NCBI GenBank assembly: GCA_937935355.1
Contig: CALGYR010000006.1
Coordinates: forward strand, 5,608 to 69,607
From: an uncultured bacterium
GTDB taxonomy: Bacteria; Planctomycetota; SZUA-567; JAKLDR01
Direction: 5' to 3'
Length of the DNA stretch: 64,000 nt
Shown here: positions 37,811 to 46,377 of the stretch, piece by piece
How positions within the stretch are numbered: position 1 is the stretch's first letter
How the letters are laid out: each line of letters begins with the position of its first letter
Program-made: the position numbers and the translations under genes
The notes under the pieces: generated by a model
What the model was told of the DNA's origin: nothing
Database searches by the model: none
Seen by the model: the letters and a program-made list of their open reading frames with translations, nothing else

Positions 37811-39169
37811 CTACTTCTTCTCCGCCGCCCGCTTGTAGCGGTAGGCCCACATCGTACCGTTGTCGCGGCCGTCGCAGGCGGTGTGCAGGATGTGGGCGTT
37901 GAGCTCCGGGTCGTAGAAGCCGGTCCAGGTGGGGTTGCCCTGGCGCTTGAGCTCAGGCGGATCCTTTGCAGCCACCTCCCACTCGTTCTTCTCCGGGTGA
38001 TAGACGTAGACGCCGGGCGCCTCGTCGCCCTTGGAGCGGTGGAAGAACAGTACCACCGCGTCGTTGACGCTGTCGTAGAAGAGCATGGCGCGGTTGGTCG
38101 CGTAGCTCGTGGGGGTCGGATTCACCTTCGGCTCCAGGCGCGAGAAGGTCTCGGTCTTGACGTCAAACATCCACAGGGCGCTCTCGCCAGGCTTGATCTC
38201 CAGGCCCTTGGCCGGGTAGATGCCGCCGGCCAGATAGATCCGGTCGCGCTTGCTGTCGTAGCAGCTGTTCGGGTCAATTTGCCAGGGAGGAGGGGTTCCT
38301 TTGCGTTTGATCTCCACCCAGTCCTGAGCCCCGGGATCGTACCAGGCGATATGGGAACTGCGGTTCTTGTAGCCGAAAGCCTTCTTAACGGTGGGAACGT
38401 AGACAAGAGTGGCGCCGAAACCGCCCGGTGAGTTTGGATTGGCGGTGCGATAGCGTTCGAAGCGACCGGTCCTGGAGTTGTAGATGTACGGGCTGGAGCC
38501 CTTGCTTGCAGCCCACACCGGCTCTTTGCCCGCCGCCCGGGCCTTGTCCGTGGACTCCTTGTGCGCCTTCAGGGCTGCGACTCTTCCGATGATGCCCTTG
38601 TGAAAGTCGCCCTCCTTCCAGTACGCCCCCGGGCACCCCATGTTCATGAAGAGCCCGCGGTCGGTGTCGTATGTCACCATGCCGTAGGCGTGCACCATTG
38701 ACGCGATGGGCAGGGGCTGGCCGTCCGGGGCCACTTCGAAGCCGGTCTTCTCGTCGAAGCCGATCTGCCCGTAACCCTCCTTGGCGTGAATGCCCGGATA
38801 CACGCAGATCCACCTGTGCTGGTTGAGGTCGTAGAACCAGAGGTCGTCGTGGTAGTGCCCGTCGGGCTTGACCATCCCGTGCGGGCCCTCGCCGAAGACG
38901 AACGCCCCCCGCAGGTCCGGGGCGAAGGGCGCCACCGGCGACCAGCTTCGCCCCCGGGCCTTGCCCCACTTGGGATCGGGAGCAGGAGAGCCGAGATCTA
39001 CCCACTGGTTGTCGCCGAGCGCCTTGATCTTCGCCAAGTGCTCGCCCTTCGGCTCGCTCGGCAGCGCGGCCAGCGGGCCCTTGCGCTCGGCCTCGGCAGG
39101 CTCTCCTGCCCCGAGAGCCCCGGCGGTCAGGGCCAGAACCAGAGCCACTGCACAGACATGCCTTGCCAT
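37811..39169 (-). CDS. Secreted Kelch-like beta-propeller protein (tandem array member)
   Basis: ATG 39169; signal peptide 'MARHVCAVALVLALTAGALGAGEP'. 'HLAKIKALGDNQWVDLGSPAPDPKWG...HYHDDLWFYDLNQHRWICVYPG...CDGRDNGTMWAYRYK'. Confidence 0.8.
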   Translation of the reverse strand: MARHVCAVALVLALTAGALGAGEPAEAERKGPLAALPSEPKGEHLAKIKALGDNQWVDLGSPAPDPKWGKARGRSWSPVAPFAPDLRGAFVFGEGPHGMVKPDGHYHDDLWFYDLNQHRWICVYPGIHAKEGYGQIGFDEKTGFEVAPDGQPLPIASMVHAYGMVTYDTDRGLFMNMGCPGAYWKEGDFHKGIIGRVAALKAHKESTDKARAAGKEPVWAASKGSSPYIYNSRTGRFERYRTANPNSPGGFGATLVYVPTVKKAFGYKNRSSHIAWYDPGAQDWVEIKRKGTPPPWQIDPNSCYDSKRDRIYLAGGIYPAKGLEIKPGESALWMFDVKTETFSRLEPKVNPTPTSYATNRAMLFYDSVNDAVVLFFHRSKGDEAPGVYVYHPEKNEWEVAAKDPPELKRQGNPTWTGFYDPELNAHILHTACDGRDNGTMWAYRYKRAAEKK

Positions 39170-39191
39170 GAGTCTTTCTCCCCTCTCTGGT

Positions 39192-40328
39192 TCAGTTCGT
39201 CTCGGCGGCGGGTTTGCCGCCCGCATCGCCCTTGAAACTGAACTCCTTCGGCGGCTGGTAGGCCCAGACGCCCGATCCGCTCACCAGCAGGGCAACCTTG
39301 TCGACGGGGTCGTACCGGAACCGGCTCCAGACCGTGCCTTTCAACTCCGGGACCTGGGAGTCGACGTCGCGCCACTTCCCGGTCGCGCAGTCGAAGAGCG
39401 CCAGACGGCTGGGGCTGGGAGGATCCCCGCGCGGCACGTGGAGATAGAGGGCCGCGTCGTGCTCTGGCAGGTAGGTCAGCCCGGCGCCGCCGCTGGCCCC
39501 CTCCAGGGGATGGGCCTCGACGGACATGTCCTCCAGGTTCACCGTGCAGGCGGCGTCCGCGGGCGTGCTGCCGACGATCATGACGCGGTCGCTCTTGGGC
39601 AGGTACTCCATCTGGACGTTGATGCCAACCGGAACGATCTTCGACTTCACTGGGTGCCGCTTCCAGGTCTTCGCCTTGAGGTCGAACTGCTGAAGCTCCG
39701 TGCGCTCCTTGCCGTAGGCCCAGACGGTGTCGCGCTTGGAATCGTAGCAGCAGGCCTTGGCGTAACCGAACCCCCTGGCGTTGTCCGACAGCTGCGTCCA
39801 CTTGTTGTCTTTGAACGAGTAGCTCCAGGCATCGGACGGCACCATGCATGTGGGCTTGATGTCCCCCCAGCCCGGCCCGCAGCCGCCGAATATGAACATG
39901 GCCCCCGAGCTCTTCAGGAAGCACAGCTGGTTGTAGCTGTGCCGGGTGTAGGGCTTGTCGGAGTCCTTGAGCTTGCCGTTCTTGTGGTCGAGGTTGTCGT
40001 TGGTGTACCGCGCCCGGGCATCGGGCTCGTACATCTTCTGCCAGGTGAGCGTCGCCGGCGAGAAGGCGCAGACCTCGTTGCCCCAGTAGTCGGCGTGGCC
40101 GCCACCGAAGATCAGGAACCGATGGTTGACCGAATCGTAGACCCCGCCCGAATAGGCGAGGATCCCCCGGGGCGCCGGGGCGAAGCCGGCCACCTTCTCC
40201 CAGGAGTTCTCGGCGATGGCCGTCAGCTTGGGATTCGGCTCATGTCCGGGCTCCCCGGCCGAGGCGACTCCCAGGCTGCCGGCCAGAACGACCGTCGCGA
40301 GACTGCCCGTTGCCCAGCGCATGCTCAT
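39192..40328 (-). CDS. Secreted Kelch-like beta-propeller protein (tandem array member, divergent)
   Basis: Signal peptide 'MSMRWATGSLATVVLAGSLGVASAGEP'. Kelch-like 'FIFGGCGPGWGD...WSYSF..NKWTQL' blades. The ATG overlaps the regulator stop (ATGA). Confidence 0.75.
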   Translation of the reverse strand: MSMRWATGSLATVVLAGSLGVASAGEPGHEPNPKLTAIAENSWEKVAGFAPAPRGILAYSGGVYDSVNHRFLIFGGGHADYWGNEVCAFSPATLTWQKMYEPDARARYTNDNLDHKNGKLKDSDKPYTRHSYNQLCFLKSSGAMFIFGGCGPGWGDIKPTCMVPSDAWSYSFKDNKWTQLSDNARGFGYAKACCYDSKRDTVWAYGKERTELQQFDLKAKTWKRHPVKSKIVPVGINVQMEYLPKSDRVMIVGSTPADAACTVNLEDMSVEAHPLEGASGGAGLTYLPEHDAALYLHVPRGDPPSPSRLALFDCATGKWRDVDSQVPELKGTVWSRFRYDPVDKVALLVSGSGVWAYQPPKEFSFKGDAGGKPAAETN

Positions 40329-41473
40329 CCTCCCGTGAGAACCTTGTCTTCACGCTTCACGCCCGCCGTGCTCGACCTGACCACCAGCCTGTCCGGCACA
40401 AGAACGAATCGTCCCTCTGCCGGCTCGGCCGGCCGCAGGGCGGCGCGCACCGCCTCGCGGCCCATCCGCCGGAAATCGATCCGGCAGCTGGTCAGCGAGT
40501 CGCAGATCCCCAGCCGCGAGGCGGTGTCGCCGAAGCCGGCCACGGCGACGTCCCGGCCGGGCTCGAGCCCGCGGCGCCGAAGGCTCTCCATGACCAGGAG
40601 CGCCCGGCGGTCGTCGTAGGCGAAGATGGCCGTGGGCGGCTCGGCGAGGGCCAGCAGTTCGCCGACCGCCGCGTCCACCAGGGCCGGGGCCTTCGAGTAG
40701 TCGGCGGGCACGCCCAGCGCCGGCGCGACCGTTAGCCGCGCGTCGACCGGGGCGCCGGCATCCTCCAGCGCCGCCACGTAGCCGGCATGCTTGTCCGGGT
40801 TCCACTGCTGCCGGTCGCCGACGTCCAGGAAGGCGATGCGGCGGTGGCCCAGCCCCAGGAGGTGGCGGGCCACCGCGCGCGCGCCGGTGAAGCTGTCGTC
40901 GCCGACCAGGACCGCGGGCAGGCCGCGGGTGGGCTCGTCGACCATCACGACCGGACCGGCCCGGAGCGCCAGGAGCCGCGAGACCAGCCGGGGCGGGCCG
41001 AAGCGCACCAGCAGGAACCCGGCGTGGGCGCGCATCTCGCGGTTGTCCAGCAGGCGCCCGGCGTCGCCGGCGTCCTCCCAGGCCAGCAGCTCGCAGCGGG
41101 TGCCCGCCCGTCCGGCCTGGGCCCGGATGCCGGCGACCATGTCGGCGACCTGGCTCCAGCCTTCCGCCTCGCGGGGCCGCGTGCGGACCACCAGGGCCAG
41201 GCTCCTGGCCGCCGCCCGGGCCCGACGCTGCCCGTCGTCGAGCACGTAGGTCCCCGAGCCGTGCCGTCGCTCGATGAGCCCGTCGGCCTCCATGGCGGCC
41301 AGGGCGCGCTGGAGGGTCTGCTGACACACCCCCATCTTGGCGGCGAGCTGCCGGTAGCCGAGCAGGCGTCGGCCGGCCAGCTTCTGCTCGCGGATCATCC
41401 GTTCGAGTTGCTCGCGGGTATCGGCGAACCTCGGGGCGCTGTGTATCTTCTCGGGCATGCCGGGCTCCATCAT
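40325..41473 (-). CDS. AraR-type GntR/LacI-hybrid transcriptional regulator, paralog 3
   Basis: 'LLGYRQLAAKMGVCQQTLQRALAAMEADGLIERRHGSGTYV' HTH plus a LacI-type domain ('PAVLVGDDSFTGARAVARHLLGLGHRRIAFLD'). First gene of a minus-strand operon with four Kelch genes and a GH-like gene. Confidence 0.8.
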   Translation of the reverse strand: MMEPGMPEKIHSAPRFADTREQLERMIREQKLAGRRLLGYRQLAAKMGVCQQTLQRALAAMEADGLIERRHGSGTYVLDDGQRRARAAARSLALVVRTRPREAEGWSQVADMVAGIRAQAGRAGTRCELLAWEDAGDAGRLLDNREMRAHAGFLLVRFGPPRLVSRLLALRAGPVVMVDEPTRGLPAVLVGDDSFTGARAVARHLLGLGHRRIAFLDVGDRQQWNPDKHAGYVAALEDAGAPVDARLTVAPALGVPADYSKAPALVDAAVGELLALAEPPTAIFAYDDRRALLVMESLRRRGLEPGRDVAVAGFGDTASRLGICDSLTSCRIDFRRMGREAVRAALRPAEPAEGRFVLVPDRLVVRSSTAGVKREDKVLTGG

Positions 41474-41712
41474 GTCACTTTCAGCACACTGCGAAATACA
41501 CCGGACTGAGCTCGGAGTTGTCGAAATTCCTTGAAACTCGCCGGCGGCAGTTCCACTAACCGAGCTGTTGAATCACACTTAGACAGTGCATATCAAGCAA
41601 TTGGCGCTTCCCATTGGCGCGGAGCCGGTGTATTCTGCCCCAGTCGTCTCCGCAGCTGCACACAGATGTGCAATCTGCGCGACGGGGATGAGTTGAGGAA
41701 CTGGAGACAACC

Positions 41713-43047
41713 ATGGCCAAGATCGCCTTCGTCGGTGCCGGAAGCCTGGGCTTCACCCGCGGGCTGGTCCGCGACCTGCTGACCTTCCCGACCATGCGCG
41801 ACGCGACCATCGCGCTCATGGACGTGGACCGGGAGCGCCTGGACTTCGCGACCCGCGCTGTCCGGACCATCGTCGAGCGCGGCAAGTACCCGGCGAAGGT
41901 CGTCCCCACCATGGACCGTAAGACGGCGCTCAAAGGGGCCGACTTCGTGGTCTGCACGATCCTGGCCGGCGGCGTGCAGGTCTGGCGCCACGACATCGAG
42001 ATCCCCAGGAAATACGGCGTGGATATCAACGTGGGCGACACCCGCGGCGTCGCCGGGATCTTCCGGGCGTTGCGCACCATCCCGGTGATGGTCTCCATCT
42101 GCCGGGACATGGAGCGGCTCTGTCCGAACGCGCTGCTCCTCAACTACACGAACCCGATGGCCATGCTCTGCCGGGCCATGCAGCGCTCCTCGTCGATCCA
42201 GCTAACCGGCCTGTGCCACAGCGTGCAGGGCACGGCCGGGATGCTCGCCAGGTGGCTGGGCGCGCCGATGAGCGAGATCGACTACGTCTGCGCCGGCATC
42301 AACCACCAGGCCTGGTATGTGAAGTTCCAGCGCAAGGGCCGGGACGTGATCCCGCTGCTTCGCCGCAAGGTGGCGGCCGACCGGAAGATCTACCGCGAGG
42401 AACTGGTGCGCAACGAGATGTTCCTGCACCTGGGCTACTACGTGACCGAGTCGAGCGGCCACAACTCCGAGTACAGCTGGTGGTTCCGCAAGCGCCCGGA
42501 TCTGGTCCGGAAATACTGCAGGAACCACCCGGGTGCCGGCTGGAACCCGGGCGAGCATGCCTACATCCTCAAGCGCTACCTCCACGCCGAGAAGAACTGG
42601 AAGAGGGAGATCCGCGACTGGTTCGCCAAGGGCGCGCCCATCAAGCTGGAGCGCGGCCACGAGTACGCCGCCTCGATCATGCACGCGCTATTGGGCGGCG
42701 AGACCTTCGAGTTCAACGGCAACGTCCCGAACACCGGGCTGATCGACAACCTGCCCCGGGGGGTCTGCGTGGAGGTGCCGGTGCTGGCAAACCGCCGGGG
42801 CCTGAACCCCATGCACGTCGGCGCGCTCCCGCCGCAGTGCGCGGCGCTCAACAACGTGAGCGTCGCCTCCGAGGAGATGGCCGTGGAGGCCGCGCTCACC
42901 GGCGACCCGGACCTGGTCTTCCAGTCGATCGCCATCGACCCGCTGACCGCGGCGATGCTGTCGCTGGCCGAGATCAGGAAGATGGTCGGGGAGATGCTCG
43001 CGAAGAACCGCGCCCACCTGCCGCAGTTCAGGTCGGTGAAGCTCTGA
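41713..43047 (+). CDS. Glycoside hydrolase family 4 (NAD/Mn-dependent alpha-galactosidase/alpha-glucosidase-like)
   Basis: '[14 protein letters not shown]' Rossmann N-terminus, '[14 protein letters not shown]', '[16 protein letters not shown]', 'GINHQAW' typical of GH4. Confidence 0.85.
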   Translation: MAKIAFVGAGSLGFTRGLVRDLLTFPTMRDATIALMDVDRERLDFATRAVRTIVERGKYPAKVVPTMDRKTALKGADFVVCTILAGGVQVWRHDIEIPRKYGVDINVGDTRGVAGIFRALRTIPVMVSICRDMERLCPNALLLNYTNPMAMLCRAMQRSSSIQLTGLCHSVQGTAGMLARWLGAPMSEIDYVCAGINHQAWYVKFQRKGRDVIPLLRRKVAADRKIYREELVRNEMFLHLGYYVTESSGHNSEYSWWFRKRPDLVRKYCRNHPGAGWNPGEHAYILKRYLHAEKNWKREIRDWFAKGAPIKLERGHEYAASIMHALLGGETFEFNGNVPNTGLIDNLPRGVCVEVPVLANRRGLNPMHVGALPPQCAALNNVSVASEEMAVEAALTGDPDLVFQSIAIDPLTAAMLSLAEIRKMVGEMLAKNRAHLPQFRSVKL

Positions 43048-43108
43048 CTTGGAGTGCGTCCGGGGCGCCTTCGGTTCCCGCCACACGCGCATTGCCATCA
43101 AGCGGCCG

Positions 43109-43221
43109 GTTAACCACGAAGTCACAAAGCCACGAAGAAACACGAAGCGGCCTTTTCCAATGGATGGGCCAATGCTCATCTTAGTGTTTCGCTTTGTGCC
43201 TTGGTGACTTTGCGGTTGACC
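43109..43221. repeat. Palindromic CACGAAG-repeat element, copy A (imperfect ~40-bp inverted arms around a 30-bp spacer)
   Basis: Left 'GGTTAACCACGAAGTCACAAAGCCACGAAGAAACACGAAGCGG' (43109-43150); the right arm (43181-43221) is its imperfect reverse complement. Related to the element at 50614-50790. Confidence 0.5.
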
Positions 43222-43314
43222 GGCCGTTTCCGACGCCGGGGCAGCTTGATAAGCCCGCGGCCGCACTTAAAATCTTCCGCATTCGCCGTTGGAAGCCGAC
43301 CGAAAGGACGCCCC

Positions 43315-44583
43315 ATGCTCTCCCTCGAGTTCATCCGCGAGAACCCCGACCTGGTCCGCCGCGCGGTCGTCGACAAGCACGACGCCGCCGACGTGGATCG
43401 GATCCTGGCGCTCGACTCCGCGCGCCGTGCGAAGCTCACCGAGATCGAGGTCCTGAAGGCCGAGCGCAACGCCGGCTCGAAGGAAGTCGGCCGGCTCATG
43501 AAGGAGAATCGCGAGGAGGCCGAGAAGCTCAAGCTCCGCATGAAGGAGCTCGGCGAGAAGGTCGCGGCCCTCGAGAAGGAGTTCGCCGGCACCCAGGAGG
43601 AGCTCGACGGGCTCCTCCTGCGCGTCCCCAACGTCCCGGACGAGACCGTCCCGGCCGGCGCCGGCGCCGAGGGCAACGTCGAAGTCCGCTCCTGGGGGAA
43701 GAAGCCCGAGTTCGGCTTCGAGCCCAAGGCCCACTGGGACCTGGGCGAGAAGCTCGGCATCCTCGACTTCCCGCGGGCCACGAAGATCTCGGGGCACGGG
43801 TTCATCGTCTTCAAAGGGCTCGGCGCCCGGCTCGAGCGGGCCTTGATCGCCTACATGCTGGACATGGCGGCGAAGGCCGGCTACACCGAGGTGGCCGTGC
43901 CGTATCTCGTCAACCGCTCCTCGATGACCGGGACGGGGCAGCTCCCCAAGCTCGAGGAGGACATGTACCGGCTCAAGGACGACGAGCTTTTCCTGATCCC
44001 CACGGCCGAAGTCCCGGTCACGAACCTCCACGCCGGCGAGACGCTGCGGGCCGAGGGGCTGCCCCTCAAGTACTGCTGCCACTCGGCGTGCTTCCGGCGC
44101 GAGGCCGGCTCCTACGGCAAGGATACCCGCGGAATGATCCGCGTCCACCAGTTCGACAAGGTCGAGCTCGTCAAGATCGTCCCCGAGGAGGCCAGCCCCG
44201 CCGAGCACGAGGCGCTCACCGCCGACGCCGAGCGCGTGCTCCAGAGCCTCGGGCTCCACTACCGGACGATGCTGCTGTGCCGCGGGGACCTGTCTTTCGC
44301 GGCGGCGCGCTGCTACGACATCGAGGTCTGGGCGCCGGGGCAGGGCAGATTCCTGGAGGTCTCGAGCTGCTCGAACTTCCGCGACTTCCAGGCCCGGCGG
44401 ATGGGCCTCAAGTACAAGGATGGGCAGTCGAAGCCGAAGTTCTGCCACACCTTGAACGGCTCGGGCACGGCCCTGCCGCGGCTGGTGATCGCCCTGATGG
44501 AGACCTACCAGCAGGCCGACGGGAGCATCCTGCTGCCGGAGGTCATCCGGCCCTACATGGGCGGGGTGGAGAAGATCGACTAG
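43315..44583 (+). CDS. serS: Seryl-tRNA synthetase
   Basis: 'MLSLEFIRENPDLVRRAVVDKH' N-terminal coiled-coil, then class II motifs 'FRREAGSYGKDTRGMIRVHQFDKVE' and 'GSGTALPRLVIALMETYQ'. ATG 43315; the track's 38-aa extension is rejected. Confidence 0.95.
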   Translation: MLSLEFIRENPDLVRRAVVDKHDAADVDRILALDSARRAKLTEIEVLKAERNAGSKEVGRLMKENREEAEKLKLRMKELGEKVAALEKEFAGTQEELDGLLLRVPNVPDETVPAGAGAEGNVEVRSWGKKPEFGFEPKAHWDLGEKLGILDFPRATKISGHGFIVFKGLGARLERALIAYMLDMAAKAGYTEVAVPYLVNRSSMTGTGQLPKLEEDMYRLKDDELFLIPTAEVPVTNLHAGETLRAEGLPLKYCCHSACFRREAGSYGKDTRGMIRVHQFDKVELVKIVPEEASPAEHEALTADAERVLQSLGLHYRTMLLCRGDLSFAAARCYDIEVWAPGQGRFLEVSSCSNFRDFQARRMGLKYKDGQSKPKFCHTLNGSGTALPRLVIALMETYQQADGSILLPEVIRPYMGGVEKID

Positions 44584-44589
44584 GGGCTC

Positions 44590-46230
44590 TTACAGCGTCG
44601 ACATCTTCATGATGCCGTAGAGCCGCATGTTGCAGTCGGTCATGCGGCTCTGCAGCTGGTCGTTGTCGGGGTCGGCCTTGACGGCCGCCTCGTAGAGCTC
44701 CTGGGCCTTGCGGAGCAGCTTGCGCGCCTCGGACTGGTGCTGCTTGCAGTCCGGCATGTTGGGCATGGCCTTATAGTAGTGGGTGATCCCTTCCTCGAAG
44801 AGGCGGTTGGCCTCGGAGAGGTCCACCTTGGCGGTGACCCTGCTGACCGTCACCTTGACCGGGGCCTTGGGGGGATCGACGCGACTGACGCTGGAAGCTC
44901 CGTTGGGTTCCTTGATTTCCTGAGGAGGCTTGACCTCGACGCCGCTGACCTGCACCGTGGACTTGTAGTTGATGCCCTTGCGCTTGTCCATCAGGGCCAG
45001 CATCTGCTCGGAGGCCTCGAAGAAGCTGGTCTTGCGGTACATGACGTTGTCGCGGATCTTCTCGCAATAGCGCCGGGCCCAGATCTCCTGGCCGACCGAG
45101 TCGGACCAGTTGGCCTGGGCGAAGAGCCGGCTGGCCTGGTCCTCGGCGACGAGCAGCACCAGATCCTTGCCGCCGGTCTCGGCAGCGGCCCAAGCCTTCT
45201 CGAGGATGGGCAGCGACTCCTCGCGCAGTCCGTTCTCGACGGCGAAGAAGGCCGCGTCGCAGAGCTCGGGCGGAGTCGCCGCGGCGCCCAGCTTGGACAG
45301 CCGGGTATTGAGCGCCTTCTTGAGCTCGGCCCGGCGCTCGGCGGGGTCGATCTGCTGGACGTTCCGGACGTCGTCGGCCGTCAGCGTGTAGGTCATCTGG
45401 CCGCCGCCGGACGTGCCGGCCAGCACCGAGTAGCCGCCATCGGGCTTCCTGGTCACCACGCCCTTGATCTTGGTGCCGTTGACCAGCTCGACGATGGAGA
45501 TGAGCTGGTCGGCGTCGGCGCGGACCTTGATGTCCCTGGTGAGGCGGTCGAAGGCCTCGGCCTTGCGCTTGAGCGCCGCGGCCTCCTTGGCGACCTCCGG
45601 GGAGACCTTCATGATCTCGACGCTGCCGAAGGCCTTGAGCGCGCCGGGATAGTTGATCTTGGCGAGCAGGTCCCTGCCGTCGGCGATGGCCTTGGCCGCC
45701 GCGCCGTTGTCGGGGGTCGACGGTGGCGGGGGCGGAGGGGGCGGAGGCGGCGGCGGGGGATTCGTACCGGTGTTCACCGGCGTCACCGGAGTCACGGGGG
45801 TGACCGGCGTGACCGGGGTCACCGGTCGGACCGGCGTGGTTTCCGTGCGGTCCGGCCCGGTCTTCTTGCCGAGGAGTTCGTCCTTAAAGGCCAGCCCCGC
45901 CCCCACCGCCCCCGCCAGGACCATGAACATGATCAGCATGGTCATGCGGCTGCCGCCGGAACCTCTGGACGGACGGTAGCTGGCGGTGCCTACTGCCCCG
46001 CGCTTGCCAGTGCCCACCGCGGACCGGCCGCCCGTTCCCACCTTGGGGGTCTTGCCGGTTCCGGCCGCTTTGCCGTTGCCGTTACTGGGGGTTGGTTCTG
46101 GCACGAAGACTCCCTTCCGCCTCCCAAATGTCGTGCACCCAACGACATAGATATATACACCACCGCGGGGCGTCTTGTCAACGAACTGCGAAGCGGGCTT
46201 CCCGGGCCATTGCAGGAAAGGTAGTTTCAC
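44590..46230 (-). CDS. Hypothetical membrane-anchored protein with (PVT)n repeat and 13-residue poly-Pro linker
   Basis: TM 'MTMLIMFMVLAGAVGAGLAF', then 'RPVTPVTPVTPVTPVTPVNTGTNPPPPPPPPPPPPPSTPD' encoded by 9-bp GTCACCGGn tandem repeats (45770-45840) and a G/C run (45718-45757). C-terminal globular region without recognised motifs. Confidence 0.55.
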   Translation of the reverse strand: MKLPFLQWPGKPASQFVDKTPRGGVYIYVVGCTTFGRRKGVFVPEPTPSNGNGKAAGTGKTPKVGTGGRSAVGTGKRGAVGTASYRPSRGSGGSRMTMLIMFMVLAGAVGAGLAFKDELLGKKTGPDRTETTPVRPVTPVTPVTPVTPVTPVNTGTNPPPPPPPPPPPPPSTPDNGAAAKAIADGRDLLAKINYPGALKAFGSVEIMKVSPEVAKEAAALKRKAEAFDRLTRDIKVRADADQLISIVELVNGTKIKGVVTRKPDGGYSVLAGTSGGGQMTYTLTADDVRNVQQIDPAERRAELKKALNTRLSKLGAAATPPELCDAAFFAVENGLREESLPILEKAWAAAETGGKDLVLLVAEDQASRLFAQANWSDSVGQEIWARRYCEKIRDNVMYRKTSFFEASEQMLALMDKRKGINYKSTVQVSGVEVKPPQEIKEPNGASSVSRVDPPKAPVKVTVSRVTAKVDLSEANRLFEEGITHYYKAMPNMPDCKQHQSEARKLLRKAQELYEAAVKADPDNDQLQSRMTDCNMRLYGIMKMSTL

Positions 46231-46360
46231 TGCGGAGACGCTGAGAAGCAGAGATTGCTTGTGAGCGCGGCCAACGGTCGTTGACGGGAAAGGCTCCCGC
46301 CGCGGACCGGATTCGGCCTCTGCGCCTCCGCGTCTCGGCGGTAAGTATCGTTTCTTGCGT
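46205..46360 (+). ncRNA. Conserved non-coding element, copy B
   Basis: 'CACTGCGGAGACGCTGAGAAGCAGAG...CCGCGGACCGGATTCGGCCTCTGCGCCTCCGCGTCTCGGCGGTAAGTATCGTTTCTTG': ~50/62 identity to copy A in the 3' block and similarity in the 5' block. The hairpin is degenerate here. Confidence 0.3.
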
Positions 46361-46377
46361 TGGCTCCAGAGGAGTCG

